A stretch of DNA of 64,000 nucleotides from Schmidtea nova (GCA_044892505.1 CM097883.1:275342001-275406000); one strand, 5' to 3'; positions 12,455 through 27,200 are shown, counted from the stretch's first letter. Numbers and translations are program-made. The notes: a model not told the origin generated them from the sequence alone.

Positions 12455-13754
12455 ACTCTGACCTAAATAACTTTAATAATTACGATTCATTTGAATACAT
12501 GAAGGCTATCGGGTCAATAATTTGAATTGATTTTTTCAAATAAATATTTTCATTTTGTTGTAAATTGTTAGAAATGATTCTCCTAATTAAATTTTACATA
12601 ATAAAATAGTCCGAGTGGAATTATTCTTGTGGAATCGGTCGGTTACGAAAAATTGTGTATGAATTAATGGGTGTTTTTCACATTTTAGAAGATTTTAATA
12701 ATATACGAATTTTACAAGAAGAAATCTGTGTCGGTGAAACTATGATAGTCGAATTGAAAACAAAAGTGTAAATCCAAATATTTGAAAATATTTATCTTTA
12801 TGATCCTATTATTTAAAATATTTAAATTTCATTATTCTTTGTTATAATTCAAATAAATCTTATCTATTTTATTTTTATGTTTCCTATATCAATATTTATC
12901 ATCAGAGTTGATAGGAATTCAGAATTAAATATGCAATTCCCGCTCTTTTATCTTTTGATGTTGTTGTGACCAACATTATAAATAATAATAATATCTGGTA
13001 ATAATAATTATTATTATTAATTAAAATAATGACTCATTGTATTATTTAAATTCAATAAATAACCACTCACAACGCATACTGAAATTCAATTTCTATTTTG
13101 AAAAGATATAGTTGTAATCTAGAACAGAAATATTTACTAAAAATACTTAATAAAAATACTTATCTAATTAATTAAAATTAATCAATACTTATATTGAGTA
13201 TTCATCGTCACATCAGGTATAACTCCATCATTCATAATATTTTCATTACTAAGAGGCTTAGTTTGAAGGTAAGTTTGCTCATTCGTATTTGCATCATCTA
13301 AATTAATATCTAAATAAATCAATAATTGAAAATAGTTTACCCATTGTAATCTTAGTTTCATCTATATAATTCAGAGATTGGAATATTCTCACTTGTATTT
13401 ACTAAATTAACAATTAATATAATAATAATGAAAATAAATATATACCATCTTCTTTGTCATTTGGTTCTCCATTCAAAAAATTAATTTTTATGAAGCTCAT
13501 TTTGAAAGTTTTGCAACTGTTGAAAGTGAATGATGAATTAAATATTACTGTATTTTGCAGAAAATTACAATCGTTTCAGTGGGACTTTTATCTATTCGAT
13601 CCTGATTAATAATGTAATAAATTATTGTGAATTTATGATTTAAGGAATATCAAATTGGTATGACCTGTAAAGGAGTTTTAAAAAGAATTTAATTGTTTGA
13701 GTTGTTAAAGGATTTGATTTTTCTGGTTGAATTTAATCTTTCGTTGATACTTTA

Positions 13755-16700
13755 TGAAGTCTAACGCACAAGATAACTTTATTTAAATACTCAAAAAATT
13801 CGCAATCACGTTTTTAACATTATTTAAACAAATATAATAATCAATTATCACATTCCCCCGTGATGTCAACATCATCGTCAAGCGCGTCGTCGCCGAGAAT
13901 ATAATCTTGTAGGTACGCTGGTACGTATCGGCTTCTTTGTTGCCTATCGGTTGACATTTCAGTCGTAAGTTGACCATTATTTTCAATAGTTCGCTCTTCT
14001 CCTGTCGTGTCAGTCGGCTCAACCTGTCTAATGTCAGCTATGGACCTTAGTACACCATCCACCTCGATATTCGTGGACGAGTGAACGTCGGTACCCTCCG
14101 TCCAAACACTTGTACATCTTGCATTCGGCGGCTTATAGAATACCTTGTCTCCTCTAGCATAACGACTCAGAATTTCGTCATTCCCGATTTCCACTTCTTG
14201 CATATCCTTCCAGCCGTATGTAAATAGTTGTCTCGAAGGCGCTTCAAAGTCGGCACTGGAGCTCATGTTGAACCAGTAAACCATGTCAAAGGGGTCCCCT
14301 TCCGTCCATGCCGCCATTCTCTTCACGATGGTCGGTAAGCGCATCGAAAAATACGACCAACACCCCACTTTGCATATAATTCCTATAATTGACGAGACCT
14401 AAATCAACCACCATTATCCATGAACAACTGGCACGGAGGTCCACGTTCTCTGAATATTTGTTCACAGATTCTAGTAATGGTCACAGTATCCTCATTACAC
14501 ATCTCTTTCCATATTGCGAATCTACTCGGTCCGCAGTCGATACACGTCAAATAACGCTTATTCCGGTAGTGAGTCACGCCTAATGCCAATCTGATCCAAT
14601 TACACTTCACCTCCAAATTTTCAATTTTCCATCTTACAGGTGCCGGATCTATCGTTCGACACTTAATTCAGTTTGATATCACACCTGTACCGCTCCACGA
14701 GATACGTTAGAAAGCAACTTCCTGACGAAAAACAGAGTTCGATCCACTCCGAAGTGACGCGCCTCATGGCACTTCCTTATCCTGTCGGATATCGATATAG
14801 TAGAACAACTTACTTGTTTAACTCATGTAAGCCAAGCTTTCTTGACTCTAGTTGACCCTTGTTTTTCTCGGTCGGGACAAACTCCACGGCTATCTTTAAG
14901 TTGTATGCCAGTTGGAGTTCGTGAACAATTTGTAGACGCCTACGAATTAGCATCTCGGAAGATCCATGAGTTTTTACTCGATGACTATCTGTCAGTAATG
15001 ATCTTAGCCAATTTTGGACAGTCGCAGAATCTGATTTCACGATTATCGACGACAGATCCCACTTAATCGCGAAGTTAATTCCTTTAATTACAGCATCGAG
15101 TTCATCCACGTTTATATGCGCTGCGTTGTCTGTCTTTATCAGCCAAGCGGCATCCTCCACTATCTCTCTGTTGATTTCGAGACAAACTCCAAGAGCCAGA
15201 TTGCTTGCATTACACCATACAACTCCATCTTTTGTCGTTGAAACATGCCAAACTATACGAACTGGATCATCTTTCTTAACGAGTTCGATAATTTCAGCTA
15301 TTATGATGGAAGCATAATTTCCAATTGTCTCTTCCCACGTTGAACCGGTACTCTGGCGCTTAACATAACTGCATGCAATCGGCAACCAGCCAGCAACTGG
15401 ATAGTGACCGACCAGCTGACCGATATTCGAGTACTGGTCGTATTTTTCCTTTGTTAGACTGATTAACTGCCATTAATGGTAGCATACCATCAGAGTTTCC
15501 TTTATAAGGCGTTAATCAACTGTTTCAAATCCATTCTGTGATTTCCGCGTCGAATCCATTGCGTAGATCTGGCTTAATCTATATTTAGCACATGTATTAC
15601 CAAGTTCAGGAGGTTGATTTTTCCATTTCCAGCTCACTGTCAAATTGCCGGAAAGGAAATCGGCTTGAAAGTCTTCATCTCTAATTTCCAGAGACTTGGT
15701 ATGTCGTTCGTCTGCCCTCAAGAAATCGCACTTTCTCCCCACGGCACTGGCCAAAGGAAACGATACCCCTTGCCTTGATATATTCACCCCACCGAGCATT
15801 CCTATAACATACATTCCCAAAATTATACCAAAATCTCTTGGAAGGTTTTCCATCACGAGACAGGCTACTCGCAGACTTGTCTTTTTAATAACAATGTTTA
15901 TCTCGATGGTTCCCAAACTCTTGGCCAATGATCCATCAGCCACCAGCATACTGTCGCTCTTCCCATACGGTCCGCTGTCCAACAAGGACAAAATAATAGA
16001 TTGGGTAAAACCTGAATCTATTAAAGCTTTGTAAGTCCTTCCGTTGACAGTTTCAACGACAGTCTGCAGCGTCATTATTACTTTTCCGGAGTGAACACTG
16101 GCGCACGTATTACTCCAATAGCGTTTCCCGTCTGTTTCTTTGGGCAAGATCGCGCGAGGTGGGCTTTATCACCACATATCCAGCATTATTTGTTTTTTCG
16201 GAAACATGTATCTTAATTGTGCCCTTTTTTCCACAAAACAAACACATTTGGTCATTAGGATTGGTAATTCTTCTTTCTTTTACTCCCAGCATACAACTTT
16301 GCTGAGAAACTGCATTACTCAACATAGCTCGAGCTATCTGTACGACCGCATCCATTGCCATTGTTTCAATAATCGGAATAGCCTATAGTGACTGATATAG
16401 ACGCTGGAAGTCCAGTAACGAACAAACATATAATAACGGCATCATTGACCCCAGATAACTTACCCAGAGAGGTTAGTTCGGCCGGATAAACATCGACAGG
16501 CTCGTTCCTCCATGATCGATTCTTCAATTTCTCAAAAGCAATAAACATCGACATAGAGAAGGCTCTCTTCATTGCTGCTTCGGTCTAGATGAAACTTCCT
16601 CTGACTTCATCGCTGAGATGCTGATACACCGCATATGAGTCTCCTTTCATCAGTATCGGCAGAAACATCTCCAGGTTCTCAATCTTTTGCATGAAAGCTA

Positions 16701-16887
16701 TCGTTCTTACTTGGGAGAACCATATCGTCAAGTCACCCCTTTCATCAAATCTTTCAATGTATTTAATAACTTCCATGAATTTAGTCACGATAGCTTGTAG
16801 TCGAACGCACAAGAAAAAAAAAAAAAAAAAAAATTCGCAATCACGTTTTTTACATTATTTAAACAAACATAATAATCAATTATCACA
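13755..16887 (-). mobile_element. Defective Gypsy LTR retrotransposon (gag, protease, RT core deleted, RNase H, integrase) with ~98-bp LTRs
   Basis: LTRs 13755-13852 and 16796-16887 (TG...CA on minus); 5-bp TSD CTTTA at 13750-13754 and 16888-16892; PPT GGGGGAA before the 3' LTR; protease ALIDSGFTQS; RNase H WCNASNLALG...HINVDELDAV; integrase YLTCIDCGPSRFAIW. Confidence 0.92.
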
Positions 16888-18069
16888 CTTTAAAGGAAAC
16901 TTAAGAAATTCTAATCACTTGAATATTAAAGTTTAATTATGTATCAAATTATATGTACTGTCGGAGAATTTATAATTAATGTTCCTTAATGTGATTCTTC
17001 ATTGGGAAATGATTTACTTATAAGTGATATATTATATTTATTATTATATTTATGAATATTTTATGTTTCAGTAGTTTAATTTTCAAGTTTTATTCTTGTT
17101 AGCACTACATTTGCTGAGTGAAAATTTCCAAATGCAGTTAAGTCTAGAAGTATTGAATGACTAAACCTTTGGAAGATTACTGAAGATGGGAGAGGGATGA
17201 ATATTTGAATTATAATTATTTAAGAATTGAGAAGATGTTTAAATATTGTAGTGTAATTGAACATAATTTGAATATGACTGAAAATCTTTATATTTCTTAG
17301 ATATTTATTAAAATATTTCAAATTTCAAATTGAAATACAATTTCATATATAACCTCTTATTGATGGTCGACTCGATTTTTCTAATTATCTAATAAACTTC
17401 ATTTTAGTACCTTCCAAATTTGTGCCTTCAAGCAAAGGTTTGTCATGAAAACATTTAGTTTCATATGATTCCTCATTAAATTCTTAATATGGTAACAGAG
17501 TTTTTAAAAATTTCAAAGAAGTCTACTTTTTTAGATTTTCAAAACTCAAAGATCTTGTTTTCTAAGGCTATTTTCAGTAAAGACAATGCATAGAATTCTT
17601 TTTTAATTACACATGGTTGCATTTTATAATTCCTGTTGTCACTCTTTCGTTTGTTTTAAGCAGACACCTATTATTTTTACTTTATATGGATTTTCTAATT
17701 GTAATGAAACTATTGTTTTTTGAGAGTTTTAGTTTGATAAAGTGAAAATTTCTTTGTACAATATCCTATAAAAAATGCGTCATTTGACATATATGACACC
17801 AATATTTTTTTAATTTGGGGGCTTGTTTATTACTTAATTTATACAGTTTATTTCAATTTGAACCATTGTCAGTGAACTATTTTTGCCCTACTTATATTAT
17901 TATCAAAAATTTTATTTTATATAAATTTTTTCTTTGATTGATTTAATTGAATAATTTAGATTAATTAGCATTGGGTTATGCCACTAATCCGAAAACTAAA
18001 ATTAACATTAGAAGAAATACCAAGCTAAAATTAATTAATATGTAAAACGTGTTTCTCGAATCGGTTGCA

Positions 18070-18225
18070 TTTTTGTTCTATTGAAATTGTTGCTTTGAAT
18101 TGAAATGTTAATTGTTCTATTGGAAATTATTGCTTCTGAATTGTAATATTAAATTGTTCTATTGGAAATTATTGCTTCTGAATTGTAATATTAAAATTGT
18201 TCTATCGGAAATTGTTCGATTGTAA
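18070..18225. repeat. ~42-bp tandem repeat, 3-4 copies
   Basis: 'ttgttctat(t/c)ggaaatt' recurs at ~18112, 18154 and 18197. Confidence 0.8.
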
Positions 18226-18399
18226 ATTGTCTGCTGAAAATTTCTGGTTAGTGAAATAGTTTTCTTTCTCTTGCTTATCAGTTTCAAAAAAGGTGTTCTG
18301 CGTTTTTTCTATTATTAAAACAACGTGCACTAAACATGACCACTATATATATATATGTGTGTGTGTGTGTGTAATTTAATTTACTTTAATTTACTTTAT

Positions 18400-18990
18400 A
18401 TATAAATATTTATAATATGAATATGATGGAGGCACTACATATTATATTAATGTTTATTATTTTTTAACAATTTTTAATATTTAAATATATTAAAATTATA
18501 ACTATTAAAATTCTTGCATTTTGTCATATTCTTTGAATAATTTTTTGTCCTTTTACTATGTCTTATGCTATTTCCGCGCTATGCTTCTTGCATTTGTATA
18601 ATATTATTTAATTTTTGTTTTAATTTATTTAACTAACATGTTTCTACTTATTTATTTTATTTTGTTTGGTATTTATCTCAATCATTTAAAATTCACTTCT
18701 TGTGGCTTTCCTTCGGTTTTCCTACAAAATTTTGGTAAGGTGTAAAACTGTAGTGTTTTTGGAACAAGAAGAAAAAATGAGTATTATTCTTGAAAGTTAA
18801 TTCCGTCGTCTGATGAAACTAACTTCTAAATTTCGAGTCAAGCACTGGAATGTTTGTTAGATGTATCTATCCAAATCAGTTTTACATTGAAATGTTTTTT
18901 TCATTTATGAAATAAGAATGGTCCACCCAGATTTATCACTTTTTACAATACTAAAACTGCTGACACCCTTGAAAGGCTAACCGTGTAATT
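18400..18990 (-). mobile_element. Possible piggyBac relic (decayed C-terminal region)
   Basis: Fragmentary translation (...YYTNARSIARK...) and a CCCTT end at ~18968; heavily decayed. Confidence 0.3.
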
Positions 18991-19237
18991 CGATTATTTA
19001 TCTGTAATGGCTTGACAACTGGCGTCTGATATGCATACAAATGATGCACAACAGTGTACGTATCACCTTTGCAACAGTTGGCATACTGCTCGAGGCTGTT
19101 TCTTAGGAATAAAAGGTTGAAAATAAAACAATAATTATATCATAATTATGTTTTTGTTTCACCTTTGATCTTTTTTATTATTAATATCAATAATTCCCAT
19201 AATGGATGACTATAGATCAAAATTTCCTTAAATAAGT

Positions 19238-19270
19238 ACACAATATTTCGGCACAGCCTTTATCAAGTGT
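19238..19270 (-). ncRNA. Minimal type I hammerhead ribozyme, U3-A8 core variant, within an isolated Penelope-type terminal repeat (~19130-19290)
   Basis: ACAC-UUGAUAA-A-GGC(UGU)GCC-GAAA-UAU-U-GUGU; flanks match the terminal repeat at 61860-61960. Confidence 0.7.
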
Positions 19271-19918
19271 GAAATACACACTATTTTTGAAAATGCATCA
19301 AAAACTTTTAGATATATCAAAGGACATGAGGGAAATTGTTATTATTAAAACATTACGGTACGTATTTTTGCGTTATCTTTGGGACATCTGGTGAAGTTGG
19401 ATCATAATGTATTAGTGGGTACGTCAGTATATTCATTAATGATAACTTGGGTAGTAGGATCTTTCGAAGATATTGGGGGATATCATGAATTTCGTAGTCA
19501 TCATCGATGCTGTATCAGTTTAATTTAAGAGCAACTGTATCATAAGGGCCATTGGAAATCGCATATACATGTCGGGATAAGGGATATTCAGTGGTATATC
19601 ACAACCAAGTCAAGTCAAGACTACAACAATTAAAAGGAAATACATTACACACTTAGGTGGCACATCACTCATCACACACAACGCTCCCAAACCGACAGGC
19701 AGCAGAGGAGACAAGCCCAAATCACAGACATACACAGAAAATGTAACTTCTTGAAATTTTTAGATTGTGATATTTTTGTTATTTTTCTCCGTTTTTAACG
19801 AATAATTTTATTGGTTTAATAATTAAATATGCTAATTTGGTATTTTTATAATTAAAATATCATATTTTTTCTCTTGTAGTCAAGAGTCATGTAATAAATG
19901 TATTTAGCAGACACAAGG

Positions 19919-20065
19919 TTATTATATAGTAACTTCGTTATTATATAGTAACTTCGTTATTATATAGTAACTTCGTTATTATATAGTAACTTCGTTATTA
20001 TATAGTAACTTCGTTATTATATAGTAACTTCGTTATTATATAGAAACTTCGTTATTATATAGTAA
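19919..20065. repeat. 19-bp tandem repeat (ttattatatagtaacttcg), about 7.5 copies
   Basis: Near-perfect head-to-tail units with no spacers. Confidence 0.95.
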
Positions 20066-20388
20066 TAAATAATATAGATAAATTNNNNNNNNNNNNNNNN
20101 NNNNNNNNNNNNNNNNNNNNNNNNNNNNNNNNNNNNNNNNNNNNNNNNNNNNNNNNNNNNNNNNNNNNNNNNNNNNNNNNNNNNNNNNNNNNNNNNNNNN
20201 NNNNNNNNNNNNNNNNNNNNNNNNNNNNNNNNNNNNNNNNNNNNNNNNNNNNNNNNNNNNNNNNNNNNNNNNNNNNNNNNNNNNNNNNNNNNNNNNNNNN
20301 NNNNNNNNNNNNNNNNNNNNNNNNNNNNNNNNNNNNNNNNNNNNNNNNNTAAAAAACTTAAAATTTAATAATGCCAAAAAATATATTT

Positions 20389-21211
20389 TTACAAATCAAT
20401 AATTTTTCCAACACAACATTTACAGTGAATAATTTGATAGTGAAGTAAATCGTCTGAAAATGAACAATTCTCGGAAGTGTAAGGATTATTATCCTCATTA
20501 CACTTGCGGGAAACACTGTCTGATTCAGAGTCCATGTTGCTCCAGTGCCGCAAATCCTCAACTGTTTTTAATATCGTTTCGTAGATTGAAGACCTTAAAC
20601 TATTTTCATAAATATTAGATTGGCATTTTGTGTCGTTATCTAGAGGATTATTATGCTCTTTCAATTCTAGAGAAAAATTAAATTTTATAAATTCTAGTTA
20701 TATATTCATAACCAGGTTGCATTAGAGATTTCAATAGGTTTTCGAGTTCATTTAATTTATTATCTAATAATTGTTTTTTATGCATCAATTTTGACATTAA
20801 TTGGTCTCGAATCCGACATTTGTGCTTGAGCATAGACCTTTGATGTTGATATAGGTGAATATACTCGGCAATTGTGTCAGTTTCACCTTCTAATTGTTCA
20901 ACGATGTGTTCCAAATATTGGTTTTCTTTAATGAGTAATGAATTCCTTACTGAAAGACTGTCGAGCTCTTCAATTGCTTTGTCATTGAACTCCTAAATAA
21001 CAAACATGTAATAGAGACAAAAATCAAACGAAACATTAAAAATGAAAATATGGCTCTATGATTGTTTGTGGACAAATTTTCTTTTTTTAATGTATGTACT
21101 CACGTCATTTCTTTTGATTTTTTTTTAAATTACATAAAGTTAACATATATACTTTAAAACAGGGGTTTCCAAAGTTTTACTTAGGGTGGCAAATTTTAAA
21201 TTCCAAAATTC

Positions 21212-21292
<81 letters not shown>

Positions 21293-24200
21293 CGAGTATA
21301 TGTATATTACAATCTATTATTACTTTTTTAAAAACATTTTTGTATTTTGGTCTGCCAAATATTTTGGAATTTTGGAATTTTGGAATTTTGTATTTGCATT
21401 TTGTATTTACATTTTGTATTTACATTATAATATATGTATATTATAATTATATTAGCTATTAAATAAAACAGTAAAGTTTACTGAAAAATTATATTTTCTA
21501 TTTCTTGAAACTCGTTTTTATATGAATCTTTGAAGTTATAAGTATAAATAAGTTTGCATTTGGCCTGATTTGACTTGAATTGAACTTTTTTTTAAATAAA
21601 AATACAAAACATCACAGGTTTTACTGACCTTATTCTGGCATTTGTTCCCATTGCTGCTCATTATAAACTGTTCATTATAAACTGCAATATGTAAAGAACT
21701 GCCTGACGCGAGACTTTTGGTAGGCCAAGGTATAAATATATGTGTGTGTGTGTAAAAATAATTTAACTACGTTAGTAGTTTTCTAGAAATATTTTCTAAA
21801 CAAAAAAATGCAAATATTTTTATAAGTTTTAATCGATCAGTTTTTAAATAAATTATTTCTAGTAAAACAAATGGCAGTTTGGCTGTAAGCGAAATTATTT
21901 AATTTTGACGTATTTGTAACAGTGATGCCAGGTTTAATTTAAAAATATTCCTACCCAGTAAAGATTAAATCGAACAGTTTTCTTTGCAATATTTTCCTAC
22001 AGCTCCAAAAATATTACAACATAAATTTTCGAAAAAAAATAAATAACTATGTTTTATTATATTATTTGTCAAAATAAAAAAAATTATGGATCAGATATAT
22101 TTTTTAACCCCGGGGTTAAAAAATATAACTATTAATAATTATAATTAAACAAAATAGTAAAAAGATAAATATCAGTAATAATGAATTTCAATAGATCAAT
22201 ATAATTTAAAAAACTTTATAATTAAAATGAATTCATATAATTATGAGAATATGCTTTTAAGATTTTCAAAAAAGGAACTTATTGAATACATTATGATAAA
22301 TAACTTCATAAAAAGAGAATAACACTGCAATACTTGGGAGCTAAAAATGAACTTAGTAGAATACAAAACAATCAAAGATAATTACATTTTTAGATGTATG
22401 AAGAAATTCTGTACTAGTTATAAAACCAGAAGTTCAATAAAAAAGGAAGTTTTTTTGAAAATTTGAACACTGATATTTTAATATTTTTTAAGGTGTTAAT
22501 AAGGTGGTGCAACGACCAACTTCAAAACTCAATGAGGAAAAATCTAAAAATACATCAAAAAACACTACAAAAATCTTTTTAAAGTTATTAGAAAAAATTG
22601 GGCCCGTATGTTTTTCAGAAAACAAATTTGGTGGTCGGGACATAATTATCCAAGCCGATGAAACTATGCTTAATTATAAGACTAAGTCTCATCGGGGAAG
22701 AAGTCCTACCAACAAAACTGATGCCTTAACAATTGTTGAGTTCAAAGACCAAATATCTCGGGCCTTTGCCCGTGTAATCCCGATCAAAAAAGCAGCAACC
22801 ATGCTTCCAATTATTTTCTCTCAGGTGCAATTGTCTGCATTGTCAAGATTCATGGCACTGTGTGGCATAAATACAAATTTGTGGATAAAATAAGGGGCGT
22901 TCATACGCAAGCATTGGAAAGTTTCAACAGTCAATTGAAATTAGAAATTAAAAGAAGAGAGGGTTGAAACAGAATTGATGCAACAATTTCTTAACGAATT
23001 TTACTAGAAATTTAACAATAAGTTATTTAGACTTGAAAAAATAATTGATTTAATTAAAATTTAAGTAGTTACTTATTTTTTATTTGTACTTTTATAATTT
23101 TATTATTTTTCATATTTGGACATAAATATATTTTATATTTTATAATTAATATTTATTTTTCATCAACTTAGATTGGAGTTAAAAAATATATCTGATCTAA
23201 AATTATTATAATTCAAAAAAAAATTTATAAAAGAAATTAAAAAAGTGCATTGATGAAAGTTTTTGGCGGGCCCCTTTTGATATCGGGCCCGGGTGCATCG
23301 CACCCTTTGCACCCCCTTAGACTCAGCCTTGTCAGTCTAAGGGTAAATCCAGGCCTGGTTGCAACTATTGTGATCATAGAAATTGTCAAATTAACAATTA
23401 AAAATGAATGTGATAAAATAAAGTAAAACAATTTTTTGAAATAAAATTTTCTTCAACAATTTTTTTATTACACTAGCAAATACAATTTTAAATACGCTAT
23501 TAATTCTGTTTTATATATTTGCTATGTATTATATTATTTATTATTAAAATATTTCATAAACTTGGTAAATGTTTTGCTAACAAATTTTTACCAAAGAGAG
23601 AGAATATAGAATAAATGTTAACTTTGAAAGAAATTAATTGTAAATGAAAACTAACCTTTAGCGCTTGATATTCTCCAGTAGAAATGATTACGCAATCATT
23701 ATCTTTCGATATTTTCACTTGATTTGAGGTTTCTTGTAGTTGATTTTCTTCTGAATTCGGATTTATATATTTTGTTAACAACTGATCTCTTTCAGCCTTT
23801 ATCTGGCGCAAAGCAAGCAATAGGTTATCATTAGTTTCACTAGATACCTTAAATATTAACTAAATTAATTTAATTTTAACAATTATTAATAAAATTTCAA
23901 CGTAAATGCATTCTATGATTACCTAACAAACAGAAACCAGCTGTTTTGCATTAGTCGTAATAAACGAAATCTTATGCAAAATATAAACTTCTCCAAAAAA
24001 GAAAGGAGTTACCGATGAAGTAAGAAATTAAGAATTTAGTACCTTGGAAGCAATGTATAATGTATTGTTTCTAAATTATTTAATAGCGACAAATATATCG
24101 ACTCTGAGAATGTTATTTAATTCTTTTTTTATGCGCAGTATTGTGTATTTGAGAGAAAATTAGCACATTCTTTATTTAGGCACATCGGACAAAAATAGTT

Positions 24201-27200
24201 TTAAATGTCGGCTGTAACAAAAATTTTTAAAAATATTTACATTTTTCGAATAATTTTTGTGAAAATTTTCATGTTATTATTTGATTATTGGCATTTGATT
24301 ATTGTGACTTTTGGTTATTTTTGTCTAAATAAAATATGTATTTAAACAATAAACAATGATATGTATGTTAAGTAAAACTAATAAAAAATAAATCCACAAC
24401 AACCAATTAATGAAAACTTTTAAAATATCTATGTTGGGAGTACTTTGAACACAAATTTTAATATTTAAAAAACTAATCATAAATCCTTCACAAACAACTT
24501 ATTCCAAATAGCTTTTGATGTTTTTGCTAAAATTTTAAAATCAGACAGGCCTATTTTAATTTTAAAAATATTTTTATTCTCACAAATATTACTCATTCCA
24601 TTAAGATGGCAATGTTCTTGAACTCATACAGAAATAACTGGCATGCTCTCCAATGTATGTAGTCTTAGAACAGCAGTCGGGGAACTGGGGTATATTACCC
24701 CAAATGGGGTAAAAATGAAAATTTTTTGGATAATAGGGAAATTTTTCTAATATTTAAATTGCTATTTCACTATTTTCATGTAACTTTTTTTATAAATAAG
24801 TAAATGTAAATTAATTTAATGTTTATTTAAATTTTACATTGATTGTTTTCTTTTCAGAATGGGGGGGGGATAATATCGACTTACGCAAAAATATTTTGGG
24901 GTAATGGTTAAAAAAGTTCCCCGACCGCTGTCTTAGACCAATTACATGACAATTAATAAATGAGATCAAAATACTGACCAATTAGTATACGAGATTTATT
25001 TACAATGGTACAACTTATATTATATGAGTTAGACATTCTTAATTATTATTTGCACATGGTTTTCATATTATACTTCAAATACATTAATTTTGTTATTCGC
25101 AGCGATTTCTAATGACAGACTAGTTTCGAACTTATTTTGCTCTCATCAGTGCAATGCGAGGAACATGATCCCATCGGAGATCGAAGCCAGTGACTAGATC
25201 CCATTTGATTATATTTATTTAATGACAGCCATCTGATTCCATTACAAAATAACTGTATTTGCGCCTATTTTATGATACAGGAATGATACGAGTTGCTCAT
25301 ATGCATAGTTTGTAAGATATTAAATTTATTTATATACGATTTATCAGAGTAGTAAGAAAACTGTGATTTTCGATAGAACGTATAGGCGAATTTATCAGAT
25401 TCCTGGGTCTGATAAAAAGTCGATGGGTTTGATTGCGGATGAGATCAATTTTCTTGCATGGTACTGATCAGAGCCAAATAAGCTCGAAGTGTGCATGTCA
25501 TTATAAATTCAAAATAATATCACATTAAAATTTTAAATAAATTTTGCTAAAAATAATTAAAATATTTGAGACTCACAGATGTCGGTTATAAATAAATAAT
25601 TCTGATTTAAATATCGTTTAATTAAATAATTTTTAAATATTTATGAATTGTTATTTTCGAAATTTAAACTTTAATTTATAACATAAATTTAATTTATTTC
25701 ATAAAAAATTAAATTTTAATTCCAACAAAAAATATACAAACTTACTTCTGATTTATTTTTACTAATAAACTTTGAAATATTTTGATTCAATTCATAAGTC
25801 AAATTATTGTTTTCTGTTGTTAATTGATTGATTCTTTCCTGTAATGTGACTACATTTAAAATATGCAAAATAACGTCAACAATCGTTTTCAAAAGTTTCT
25901 GACAGAAAATCTGTTTTTCACATACTAAAACTAATAAAAATATGCAAAAGGAAGGAAATTTTNNNNNNNNNNNNNNNNNNNNNNNNNNNNNNNNNNNNNN
26001 NNNNNNNNNNNNNNNNNNNNNNNNNNNNNNNNNNNNNNNNNNNNNNNNNNNNNNNNNNNNNNNNNNNNNNNNNNNNNNNNNNNNNNNNNNNNNNNNNNNC
26101 CAATCCAAAAATATATTCTGCACAATATATTTCGAGAACTTTTTGGCGGGGCCCCCTTTGATATCGGGAAGAGTGAGTAGCACCTGATGAAGAGAATTAA
26201 GTTCTCGAAATATATTGTGCAAAATATATATTTGGTTTGGCGTTTGTTTTTAATTATTTTANNNNNNNNNNNNNNNNNNNNNNNNNNNNNNNNNNNNNNN
26301 NNNNNNNNNNNNNNNNNNNNNNNNNNNNNNNNNNNNNNNNNNNNNNNNNNNNNNNNNNNNNNNNNNNNNNNNNNNNNNNNNNNNNNNNNNNNNNNNNNNN
26401 NNNNNNNNNNNNNNNNNNNNNTGATTTCTTAGTAGCAGCATTAATTAAATATTAAATAATTAATAAATAACAAAATAACAAAATAAGCTTTTTTCACTTT
26501 TGCTATTAAAAATTTCAGTTCAAAATACTAGAGACCCTTTTTGCCATTAGAAATTGTGAGAGTAGAAAATCTTATATAAAGTGATTTAAATCTATTTTAC
26601 TTGTTTAAAATACTTTCATGTCTTTTTATTTACCATAAAAATTATAGTTCAAAATACCACAGTCCATTTTTGCTAGATAAAATCTGAGAGTAGAATATCC
26701 TATACGGAAATACCAGAGACTCTTTTTAGTCTGAGAGTTGAAAATCCCTTACAAAAGATCCATGCCAAAAATCATAGTGGCCCACTGAACCCTTGTACAA
26801 AAGATCTAGGATTATTTTTCAATTCAAAAATAATAGAGACCCTTTTGTCCGACAAAAATCTGAGAGTTGAAAATCCTATAAAAAAGATTCAGGACAAATC
26901 AAATACAAAAAAACCCAGAAAAGTATTTTCTCGTTGACTCAATTTTCCCCGTAAACTCGTTTTTTCTAGGAGGGGGGTTGAGTTAGAAGGTCATTAACTA
27001 CCAACTTTCCGAAATTGATAAAATGCGTAATAATAATGAGATAATAGCATAATAAATATTGGTATATCCCTCCATCCACACACATATACAACTAACACCC
27101 CGATTTACGCGGTACTCTTTTATGTGATTTCGCTTTTTCGCAGTTTTTAAGTTAAAAATAACAAAAAAAACCGTGAAAAGAGAAAGAGCGAAGAGAAAGG

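Noticed and set aside
12800-17900. Minus-strand host gene flanking the Gypsy insertion
   Set aside because: Several exon-like open stretches (~13200-13530, ~17100-17800) but no consistent splicing model or recognisable protein
19919-20065. CRISPR array (also 3488-3690 and 18070-18225)
   Set aside because: Head-to-tail repeats without unique spacers, no cas genes, eukaryotic context
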